64,000 nucleotides of DNA, from contig CAWJLW010000006.1 in the NCBI GenBank assembly GCA_963843795.1, positions 1,798,001-1,862,000 of the forward strand, written 5' to 3'. Both the position numbers and the translations under genes were made by a program. How positions within the stretch are numbered: position 1 is the first letter of the stretch; the number at the start of each line of letters is the position of its first letter. The notes beneath the pieces are model-generated. The model did not search any database, was not told the DNA's origin, and saw only the letters and a list, made by a program, of their open reading frames with translations. Positions 54,221 through 62,620 of this stretch are shown piece by piece. The stretch comes from an uncultured bacterium (GTDB lineage: Bacteria > Armatimonadota > Abditibacteriia > Abditibacteriales > Abditibacteriaceae).

Positions 54221-55264
54221 CTAGCTTAGAGTTTCATGCGCGTGGCGCAGAATGCGTTCCGTCGCTTCCCAATTCAAACACGCGTCAGTAATGCTGACGC
54301 CGTATTTCAAATCGTCCAAGTTATCGGGCAGTGGTTGATTGCCTTCGTGCAGATAGCTTTCGATCATCAAGCCAATCATCGCTTTGTTGCCTTCGGCGCG
54401 CTGTTGAACGGCGCTGCGCGCGACTTCTTCCTGACGCGCGTGTTTTTTCAGGCTGTTAGCATGGCTGCAATCGACCATCAGCGAAGAATTTTGCCCTTCT
54501 TTTTCCAGCGCCTCGACTGCTTCGGCTAAACTTTTCTCATCATAGTTGGTGCGCGCGCGACCGCCGCGCAACACGATGTGCCCATCGGCGTTGCCGCGGG
54601 TGCGGATGATCGAAGTCAAACCGTCCTGGTCGATGCCGAGAAAACTGTGCGGAGCGCGCGCCGCTTGCATCGCATCCAAGGCGATTTGCAAACCGCCATC
54701 CGTCCCATTTTTGAATCCGACTGGCATCGAAAGCCCGCTCGCCATCTGTCGATGGGTTTGCGATTCGGTCGTACGCGCACCAATGGCCGCCCAACTCACT
54801 AAGTCGGCGATATATTGTGGCACGACGGCATCGAGAAACTCGGTCGCTGCGGGCAAACCCATTTCGGTAATATCGAGCAGCAAACGCCGCGCGCGCGCCA
54901 GTCCGGTTTCGATATCCGAGCTGTTATCGAGATGCGGATCGTAAATCAAACCTTTCCAACCGACCGTCGTGCGCGGCTTTTCAAAATAGACGCGCATGAT
55001 GATGCACAAACGGTCGTTCAATTCTTCGCGCAGTTTGCTGAGTTTTTCGGCATATTCGAGCGCGCCTTTGACATCGTGAATCGAGCACGGCCCGACTACA
55101 ACCAGCAAGCGCGAATCTTCGTGACGCAAAATGCGCTGTACATCGGTACGCCCTTCGACAACAACACGATTGGATTGCAGGCTGGCAGGCAAAGCCTCTT
55201 TTAACGCGCGCGGAGACGACAAGAGCACGGTTTCAACAACATTTAAATCTTGAGTGGGTAACAT
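54221..55264 (-). CDS. 3-deoxy-7-phosphoheptulonate (DAHP) synthase, class I-alpha (AroF/G/H family)
   Basis: [56 protein letters not shown]. Confidence 0.95.
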   Translation of the reverse strand: MLPTQDLNVVETVLLSSPRALKEALPASLQSNRVVVEGRTDVQRILRHEDSRLLVVVGPCSIHDVKGALEYAEKLSKLREELNDRLCIIMRVYFEKPRTTVGWKGLIYDPHLDNSSDIETGLARARRLLLDITEMGLPAATEFLDAVVPQYIADLVSWAAIGARTTESQTHRQMASGLSMPVGFKNGTDGGLQIALDAMQAARAPHSFLGIDQDGLTSIIRTRGNADGHIVLRGGRARTNYDEKSLAEAVEALEKEGQNSSLMVDCSHANSLKKHARQEEVARSAVQQRAEGNKAMIGLMIESYLHEGNQPLPDNLDDLKYGVSITDACLNWEATERILRHAHETLS

Positions 55265-55360
55265 ATATTTGGGTAATCTATTTTGGTCTATCACATCCAG
55301 ACCACTCAAGATGAAAATCTCTGCAAAACGCTGTGCTGGTCCTTGCACAAAACTACGTTT

Positions 55361-56719
55361 TCAACGCCGCAATTGTCGCGAATTTAAGCGGTCCATGAAT
55401 TCGCTATATGGCAAGCTCAAGCCATAATCCAGCGGGTCGCGATTGTTGGCGCGGCGCGCATTTTCTTCCTGTCGGCGTGCTGCAAGTACTTGCAGCATGG
55501 CATCGCAGCGTGCGGGGAATTGGGCGGCCACGTTGTGCTTTTCTTCGGGGTCGTTTTTCAAATCGAATAGCAAAGGTTGATTGTCGCGCGGGTTGCCGTA
55601 GATGTCCACCAGAGCGCGGCCCTCTGCGGTTTGCGATAGTGGCAGAATGAGTTTCCAATCGTGCGTGCGCAGTGCGATGGAGCATTGGCGCGTTGATTCC
55701 ACGCTGAGAATCGAATCGCGTCCGCTGAAGTTTTCGCCTTGCAAAGCGGGCGCGAAGCTTTGGCCGGTTAATTCGTAATTCGGCGACGATAATTCGCAGC
55801 ATTCGATTAAAGTTGGCAGAATGTCTTCGTGCGAAATGAGCGCGTTGCAGGTACTTGCAACGCGCTTTTCGGGTGTTTTCCATAGCAAAGTGAGTCGCGT
55901 GATGGCGTCGTATAAACCGTGATGATCGAAATAAACGCCGCCTTCGCCGAACGCTTCGCCGTGATCGCTAAGCGCGATGAGATGCGAATTGTCCCACAGA
56001 TTTAATCCTTTCAGCGAAGCGAATAAACGTCCGCAGTGATTATCGACATACGAAATTTCGCCATCGTATTGCGCGACGACGTAATCATAATCGTCTTGCA
56101 CTTTCAATTTCATATCGCCCAGAAACGCCTGATAATATTCGGGCGCGTGTTCTATCGCCGCGCTGTAGCGCGCATTGGTATCGGCTTGTGGCTGATAGTG
56201 CATCGTATCGAAAGGCGCGGGCGGGCTGTAGGGCGAATGCGGATCCCATAAATGTAGCCACAAGAAAAACGGTCGGTCTTGCAACTGTTGGCAATAAGAA
56301 ATCGCGCGGTCGGTGAGCTGTTCGCCCTGATTGGAAAACGGCTGATAGAGGAAGCTGGAATAATAATCGAAACCGCGCGAAAACCAGCCGCCGCGCCCGT
56401 GCGCCTGCGTCGCCAAGTTGTCGATGGCGACCGTGACGTAACCGGCATCTTTGGCCAGTTGCGCCAAAGGCTGAATTTCGGGAGCCAAACGTTGCTCGCT
56501 GGCGTGCGCGGTGATGCCGTGACGCAGCGGATGCAAGCCGCTCATCAAAGTGGTGAAGCTCGGCATCGTCGGAATGCCCGCCGCAAACGCGCGTTCGAAA
56601 CGCACAGATTCAGTGGCCAGCGCGTCCAAATTGGGCGAAGTGTTGCGCCCGTAACCGTAACAGCCCAGATGATCGGCGCGCAAACTGTCTATCGTCAAGA
56701 GAACGATGTTGGGTTTCAT
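55361..56719 (-). CDS. Sulfatase-like hydrolase (Thr at the nucleophile position)
   Basis: IDSLRADHLGCYGY, PTMPSF, WDPHSPY, YDGEI, SDHGE, HHGLY. Confidence 0.85.
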   Translation of the reverse strand: MKPNIVLLTIDSLRADHLGCYGYGRNTSPNLDALATESVRFERAFAAGIPTMPSFTTLMSGLHPLRHGITAHASEQRLAPEIQPLAQLAKDAGYVTVAIDNLATQAHGRGGWFSRGFDYYSSFLYQPFSNQGEQLTDRAISYCQQLQDRPFFLWLHLWDPHSPYSPPAPFDTMHYQPQADTNARYSAAIEHAPEYYQAFLGDMKLKVQDDYDYVVAQYDGEISYVDNHCGRLFASLKGLNLWDNSHLIALSDHGEAFGEGGVYFDHHGLYDAITRLTLLWKTPEKRVASTCNALISHEDILPTLIECCELSSPNYELTGQSFAPALQGENFSGRDSILSVESTRQCSIALRTHDWKLILPLSQTAEGRALVDIYGNPRDNQPLLFDLKNDPEEKHNVAAQFPARCDAMLQVLAARRQEENARRANNRDPLDYGLSLPYSEFMDRLNSRQLRR

Positions 56720-56732
56720 AACAGGGAACGAA

Positions 56733-56764
56733 AAATCACGCTGCAAGTACTTGCAGCGTGATTT
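56733..56764. repeat. 32-bp perfect palindrome on the repeat core between the two sulfatase-like genes
   Basis: AAATCACGCTGCAAGT|ACTTGCAGCGTGATTT. Confidence 0.9.
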
Positions 56765-56786
56765 CTGGGAGTTTAGCGGGTTTCGT

Positions 56787-58332
56787 TTACTCGTTCTCGA
56801 CTTCGACGTAACCGTGCAACGGCGCGCCGCTTTGGTCTTGCGCCGTGTTGCCCGCCGCTTGATTATCGGATGACGAATTTTCGCCTTGCGTGTTATCGAC
56901 TTCGACTTCATCGGTCGAATTCAATTCTTCGGGTTTGGGAATCGCGGCGGCTTCTTTGGGCGCGCGCAGATGGAGCGGCGTCGCGCCCGCACCAGGCGTT
57001 TCGCCTTCGATTGGCGTGCCGATGCGCGTGCCGCAACGTCCTTGCTCGATAATCGGGTCGAGTTCGCGACCAGTTTCACGCAAACGCTTTTCCAGCCACG
57101 CATTCAACTTTCCGCTTAAAACTTCGACAATCTCGGGACGGTCTTCGGCGATGTTGTTTTGTTCGGTCGGGTCAGCTTCCAAATCGAACAATTCCTGCAT
57201 CGGTCGCCCGTGTGGGTCGGGTTCATACGCCTGAATGAACTTCCATTTGTGGTCGCGATACGCGCGCTTCACTTCCCACGTCGCTTCCGACAAAAACAGC
57301 TCGTCGTAGTTTTCATCGCGCTCGCCTTCGATACACGGCACCAGACTTTTGCCTTCCAAAGTTTGCATGTTTTCTATCTCGGATAGACCGCTGAGCTCAA
57401 AGAAAGTCGGTAGAAAGTCAACGTTTTGCACGAAGCCCGGAACGCGTTTGCCAGCGGGCAAAGTGCCCGGTTGCACCATGATGAGCGGGACGTGAATATC
57501 TCCTTCATACAAACCGTGATGGTCGTAAAAGCCCAACTGCTCGTCCAGAATCTCACCGTGATCAGCAGTAAAAACCACCAGCGTATCCTCGCGCACATCT
57601 TCCAGCGCGTCCCAAATGCGGCGCAAATGGTCGTCCATGTAACGCGTTTCGGCATCGAAAAGCGCGTTCACGTATTCCGTACCGGTCACGCCGGGCATCC
57701 AATCGTGGAAATACCATTTGAACATTTCGTCGTTCCACGCCGCGTCCATCGAATGATTATTCACGTCATACGGATCGTTTTTCGTGATATCGTAGAACAT
57801 TTCGCGATACGGGCTGGGCGGCAGATACGGCGTGTGCGGGTCCCAGTAATGCAGAAAACAGGAAAAACGGTTTGTCGTCGTTTTTCGCGCCCGCTTTCAA
57901 GGTTTCAATAAGCGGCAACGCCATATCGGTGACGTGTTCGGCGCGACGCAAAGTCAGCGGGTCGCTGCGATCCCATTCCGGCACCAGATAATGCTCGAAA
58001 CCGCGCGGAAAGTGGCGTCCCATCGTATCGACCGCGCCAGTTTGCCAGCCCTGACTTTGCAAAATTTCCGGCAACAGTTGCACGCCGTCTTTAATCGGCA
58101 CGCCGCCGCCGATATTCACAATGTCGTGCGTAATGGCTTCAGTTCCGGTCAGCATCGTGGTGAAGCTGGGATGCGTGGGAATATTAGGCGCGTAGCATTT
58201 TTCAAACAGCACGCCCTGCTCGGCCATCGAATCCAAAAACGGCGACGTGTCGCGCCCAGTTTTGGCTTTGTAGCCGTAGCAGCCCAAATGATCGGCGCGC
58301 TGCGTATCTAAAGCGATTAAAACGATATTCAT
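56787..58332 (-). CDS. Sulfatase-like hydrolase (Thr at the nucleophile position; frameshift near 57855)
   Basis: DTQRADHLGCYGY, PTHPSF; after the shift HYWDPHTPY, ADHGE, HHGLY, ELFDLEADP. Confidence 0.85.
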
Positions 58333-58350
58333 AATTCACTCTTTTGTATG

Positions 58351-58477
58351 AACCACAGAGAACACAAACAGCACAAAGAGCTCAGGAATTTTTATAGAAA
58401 AACGAATTTAAGGCGCGGCAAGTACTTGCCGAACCAAAATCCCAAAAATCTCTGTGAACTCTGCGTCCTCTGTGGTT
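58351..58477. repeat. Small inverted-repeat element (AACCACAGAG...CTCTGTGGTT) enclosing a core palindrome
   Basis: Perfect 10-bp terminal inverted repeats followed by imperfect CACAGAG-like iterations; GCAAGTACTTGC at 58418 inside. Confidence 0.65.
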
Positions 58478-58484
58478 GATTGAT

Positions 58485-59486
58485 TCAAATTTGCGGCACG
58501 TCTTCGACACTGTTGTTCTGATACGAACGAATCGCGGCTTCGATGACTTCTTGGGCGGCCAAGCCTTCTTTGCCAGTCGCAGTTTTCAGTTCGCCCGCGC
58601 TCACTTCATCGACGAAGCTGCCAATGCGATTCTTGAACGTGTCATTAAAGCTGCCCATGCCACCCATGATGCCGTTGTGCCATGAGCGCACACCCGGATC
58701 TTCACGCGGAAAAAAGTCCAAGCGCTCGTAAACGTTTTCGATGACGCCGCGACCTTTGGTGCCCACGACTTCGCAGCGCTCAATCGGATGATGACCCGAT
58801 GCGTCGTAGCTGCCGGTCAAATGGCCTAACGCACCGGACGTGAACTGCAAGTTCATCGATAAGTTGCTCAAGCATTTGCGTTCGCCCGAAGCGTGCATAA
58901 AACATTGCACGCGCGCCACATCGCCGCCGAAAAAGCGCATGACATCAATAGAATGTGCGTGCAGGGCACGAATGTGGAACCACGGCGAACTTTCATTGGG
59001 ATTGTTAATCCATAGTGTCATATTCAGCAGTAGCAAATCGCCCAGTTCGCCATCGTTTTGCATCTGCTTCAAACGCGCTGCCATCGGCGTGAAACGATGA
59101 TTGAGATTGATGCCCAGCATGACGCCTTCTTCGTCAGCAGTTTTGACCATTTCGCGCGCCTGTTCGATGTCGTTGGAAATTGGCTTTTCGCACAAAACAT
59201 GCTTGCCCGCTTTCAAGCATTGTATTGTCGGCTCGTAGTGGTGCGAACCGTTTTCAACGCCCGCTGTCGCCACGCTGACCGCGTCTAAATCTTCATTCTT
59301 CAATAAATCATCGACCGAATAATACGCCTTCACTCCAAATTGTGCCGCAGCGGCATCGGCGCGTTCTTTATCCATGTCGCAAACCGCCAATAATTGCGCG
59401 CCTTTATGACCTTGATACTGTCCGCAATGATTGCGGCCAATCCCGCCCGCGCCAATAACCGCGACTTTCAATGGTGAATTTTCCAT
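58485..59486 (-). CDS. Gfo/Idh/MocA oxidoreductase
   Basis: GAGGIG, CEKP, NLNHRF. Confidence 0.9.
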   Translation of the reverse strand: MENSPLKVAVIGAGGIGRNHCGQYQGHKGAQLLAVCDMDKERADAAAAQFGVKAYYSVDDLLKNEDLDAVSVATAGVENGSHHYEPTIQCLKAGKHVLCEKPISNDIEQAREMVKTADEEGVMLGINLNHRFTPMAARLKQMQNDGELGDLLLLNMTLWINNPNESSPWFHIRALHAHSIDVMRFFGGDVARVQCFMHASGERKCLSNLSMNLQFTSGALGHLTGSYDASGHHPIERCEVVGTKGRGVIENVYERLDFFPREDPGVRSWHNGIMGGMGSFNDTFKNRIGSFVDEVSAGELKTATGKEGLAAQEVIEAAIRSYQNNSVEDVPQI

Positions 59487-59540
59487 AATTTCCTCTAACT
59501 TTTGCTCGTTGTGCCCTGCAAGTGCTTGCAGGGCGTTTGA

Positions 59541-60344
59541 TTAAGCTGCCTCAATATCCTTCAGACAACACGATAGATAACCGCGCGCTTGTGCGCACAG
59601 CGCGACTGAGCGCGGTAAATCGTAGGCTTGCGCGCCGATGATTTCTAAATTCAGCGGCCCGTTATAGCCAATAGAATTCAGCGATTGAAGAATTTCTTTC
59701 AGATCGAGCGCGCCGTTGCCCGGCACTTGCTGTTCGGGCGTTCCGGGCGGTCCTGGCACACGAACCGGACAATCGCGAAAATGGCTGGTGACAATCCACT
59801 TGTCCCAGCGCGGCGCAACTGCCGATGGATTGTCATCAGCGCGCGCTAAATGACTGGGATCGAAATTTAAACCCACCGAGCCTTGCGGAACTTTTCCATC
59901 AAGTTCTTCCATCAAACGCAAACCTGTATTGGCATTGTAAATCGCTTGCCCAACGTGCGGCTTGACGGCTAATGTCACTCCCGCATCGGCCGCCATGCGG
60001 GCAAACTCGCCCATCAATTCAATGGATTCGACCGTAGAGTTTTCGTCGCCAGTTTTACCACCGCTGCCAATATTGACAATTGGCACGCCGATTTCCGCGG
60101 CCAGAGCGAAAATTCCCTGCAAGCGTTCACGGTCATTAGTGGCGGCCTCAATTGCGGTTGCTTCGAGCTCAAAACGCTGCAGCAGTTCGCGAATTACGCC
60201 CGCGTTGTCACCAAATTTGATGTGTTCGGCCATGCCCGCAATCGCGGCTAACTCGACGTACTTGTATCCCGACCAAGCCACGCACTGCAGCGCTTGCTCT
60301 AAAGCCGCCGCGCCCAAAATAACCGTATTCATGCCCAATTTCAT
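59541..60344 (-). CDS. Sugar phosphate isomerase/epimerase (IolE/XylA-like TIM barrel)
   Basis: YVEL, KPH, LNFDPSH, HFRD, PGNG..D, LEI. Confidence 0.8.
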   Translation of the reverse strand: MKLGMNTVILGAAALEQALQCVAWSGYKYVELAAIAGMAEHIKFGDNAGVIRELLQRFELEATAIEAATNDRERLQGIFALAAEIGVPIVNIGSGGKTGDENSTVESIELMGEFARMAADAGVTLAVKPHVGQAIYNANTGLRLMEELDGKVPQGSVGLNFDPSHLARADDNPSAVAPRWDKWIVTSHFRDCPVRVPGPPGTPEQQVPGNGALDLKEILQSLNSIGYNGPLNLEIIGAQAYDLPRSVALCAQARGYLSCCLKDIEAA

Positions 60345-60392
60345 AACGTTTTCCCTTTGATTCAACGCTGCAAGTACTTGCAGCACAGATTT

Positions 60393-61478
60393 CTATAAGT
60401 TCACGCGCGTCCCGCTTTGCGCGCTTTGATAGGCTGCCAAACACATCGCAACACTGACTTTTCCGTCGCGCGCGTTCGCCGCATTTTCGGATTGCGTTCT
60501 GTTCAGCAAATCATCAATCCAAGGCCGCACAATCGCTTTCAAACGCTCGTAATGCGAAATGGGTAAGTCGTGCCGAAATGATTCCCACTGGCTATCCAAT
60601 TTGCGGAACAATTTCAACGCGATGGCATCGTTTGGCGCGTGCGGCGTGGAAACGCCATCGTCCCAATTCTGAATAATTACGCCTTGGTCGCCGTAAATTT
60701 CGCAGGTGTTTTCGCCCGCCAAAGTCACGCTGCTGTTGCACAAGCTCGCCATGCTGCCATCGGCCCAGCGATAAATCGCCAAGCCGGTATCATCGGGCGC
60801 GATTGTCGTGAGAACGTTGCCGATTTCGGCCATCACAGAAACCGGCGCGCCTTGCAACCAATAGAGAAAATCCGCCGCGTGAACCGCATCATCGAAAAAC
60901 ATTCCGACATTTTGCACGGGGTCGATGTGCCACGCTTGCGGGCTGTGCGGCAGTTGGTCGTTGAACAGAAAATTGATACAGTGGCGGCGGCGCAGCAAGT
61001 TCACGCGCCCGACTTCGCCGTTTTCAATCCAACGCTTGATTTGCAAGTTCAGCGGGTCGGTGCGCATTTGAAACGCCATCTGAAACGGCACACCCGCGTT
61101 TTCGACGGCTTGGATGATGCGCTCGCAATCTTCCAGCGTGGTCGCCATCGGCTTCTGACACAGAATCGCTTTGCCCGCAGCCGCCGCCAATTCGATTAAA
61201 TCGGCATGGCGATTGGTTTCGCTGGTGATAATTACGGCATCAATATCGGGGCGTGCCAGTAGCTTTTCGGCGCTATTTTCAAATTGCAAACCGAAGCGTT
61301 CGCAGTGCGGGCGCGCGCGTTCGGAGTCGCTGTCCCACGCGGCAAGTACCTGCGCGTCCGAAAACGTCGCGATTTGGTCACAATATGCGACGGCGTGGCC
61401 GTGCGCAAAACTCAAAATTCCAATTCCCAGCGGCGCGTTGAACGAAGTACTGAACTTCGCATTGTCTTTTGGGTGCAT
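60393..61478 (-). CDS. Gfo/Idh/MocA oxidoreductase
   Basis: LSFAHGH, LCQKP, AFQMR, DDAVH. Confidence 0.85.
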   Translation of the reverse strand: MHPKDNAKFSTSFNAPLGIGILSFAHGHAVAYCDQIATFSDAQVLAAWDSDSERARPHCERFGLQFENSAEKLLARPDIDAVIITSETNRHADLIELAAAAGKAILCQKPMATTLEDCERIIQAVENAGVPFQMAFQMRTDPLNLQIKRWIENGEVGRVNLLRRRHCINFLFNDQLPHSPQAWHIDPVQNVGMFFDDAVHAADFLYWLQGAPVSVMAEIGNVLTTIAPDDTGLAIYRWADGSMASLCNSSVTLAGENTCEIYGDQGVIIQNWDDGVSTPHAPNDAIALKLFRKLDSQWESFRHDLPISHYERLKAIVRPWIDDLLNRTQSENAANARDGKVSVAMCLAAYQSAQSGTRVNL

Positions 61479-61560
61479 AAATGCAGCATAACCTTCTGGC
61501 CGCACTCGGTCTACGATGGAAGCGCTTGCTCTATGGGGGCGATGCTGCTATTTTCTAAGC

Positions 61561-62550
61561 ATGAAATCTCTCGCCGCGCCCAAGCCTAGCGTGCCGCATT
61601 TGCGCGCTCAACAGCATTTCGCAGCCAATTTCCCCTTTCATATTGCCGATGTTTTGCAAGGCCCATTATACGAGCATTCGCACGAATTTTTCGAAGTGGT
61701 TTACGTGCGGCGCGGACGTGGCGAACATCTTCTCAACGGTCGCAACTACGCCCTGAAAGCGGGCGATTTGTACCTCATTCGGCCTGGCGAAATCCACGCC
61801 TATGCGCCGCTACCACATCAGCAAATGCGCATCACGAATGTGCTATGGATGCCCGCTTTGACCGAGCGTTTGTGGCAAACGCAGGAATTCATCGGAAGCG
61901 CCACATGGCCCGCTTTAGACTTTCTGGCACCCGCCAAAATTCAGCACGATTCACCCCACAGCGCAGCGCATTTTTCGCCACGGTTGCATCTTTCGCCGCG
62001 CGCCGCTTATCGCGTGGAAACGCTTTTAGACGAAATGCGACGCGAACAAAACAGCGGCGCGCCCGGCTGTCAGGCGTTGCTGTGCCACTTGTTTTGTACC
62101 TTGATGATTCTGCTGTCGCGCGAATGGCAAAAACAGAACGCCGCCTCTGCGACAAACAGCGCTGCAAGTACTTGCAGTGCGCAAAAATCGCAAACTGCCG
62201 CACCGCACGAACGCGGCGATGTGGTCGGCGAAGCGATTGCGTGGATCGAAGAAAATTATGCGCGTCCGGTGCGCGTTTCTGATGTAGCGTCTCATGTTGC
62301 TCTCAGTGCGAGCCGATTGTCGCATGTTTTCAAAGAGCGCACAGAGCGCGGCGTCATCGAATATCTGCACGAATATCGCATCGCGCGCGCGGCGCGATTG
62401 CTGTGCGAAACATCCCAAAGCGCGCAAAATATCGCGCAACAAACCGGCTTCGGCGACGCGCGCTTTTTTCATCGCTTGTTTCGCCGTCACACCGGCTGCA
62501 CGCCAGCCCAATTTCGCCGCCAATTCCAAGATACCGAGATTTTGGGTTGA
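61561..62550 (+). CDS. AraC family transcriptional regulator (cupin + HTH)
   Basis: HSHEFFE cupin; SRLSHVFK, RIARAARLL, GFGDARFFHRLFRRHTGCTPAQFR. Confidence 0.92.
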   Translation: MKSLAAPKPSVPHLRAQQHFAANFPFHIADVLQGPLYEHSHEFFEVVYVRRGRGEHLLNGRNYALKAGDLYLIRPGEIHAYAPLPHQQMRITNVLWMPALTERLWQTQEFIGSATWPALDFLAPAKIQHDSPHSAAHFSPRLHLSPRAAYRVETLLDEMRREQNSGAPGCQALLCHLFCTLMILLSREWQKQNAASATNSAASTCSAQKSQTAAPHERGDVVGEAIAWIEENYARPVRVSDVASHVALSASRLSHVFKERTERGVIEYLHEYRIARAARLLCETSQSAQNIAQQTGFGDARFFHRLFRRHTGCTPAQFRRQFQDTEILG

Positions 62551-62620
62551 ATTGGTGCGCTGCAAGTACTTGCAGCGCGCAATTCGTGCGGCAAGCGCGC
62601 AAATATCACACACTATTCTT

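Larger units (their letters stand above)
5..62573. repeat. Dispersed 12-bp palindrome GCAAGTACTTGC (extended consensus CTGCAAGTACTTGCAG)
   Basis: Perfect copies start at 5, 1244, 1762, 3067, 5437, 7880, 9153, 9221, 12486, 12642, 13972, 17560, 18572, 19289, 20894, 21227, 24555, 28693, 29864, 30394, 32213, 34186, 36316, 36823, 38268, 38998, 39180, 39711, 42943, 43416, 46459, 48127, 51219, 54190, 55482, 56743, 58418, 60370, 62164 and 62562. Near-copies at 5963, 14734, 26737, 34890 (doubled core), 44774, 49828, 52964, 55847, 59518 and 61342. Counted by eye. Confidence 0.97.

Noticed and set aside
5..62573. The repeated palindrome as a CRISPR array
   Set aside because: Copies are only 12-16 bp, irregularly spaced over tens to thousands of bases, occur inside genes, and no cas genes are present.
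5..62573. The palindrome as a classical REP/IS/MITE family or an ordinary transcription-factor regulon
   Set aside because: There are no shared flanks, target duplications or transposase/RAYT gene. Copies lie after stop codons, between convergent genes and mid-gene in unrelated functions.
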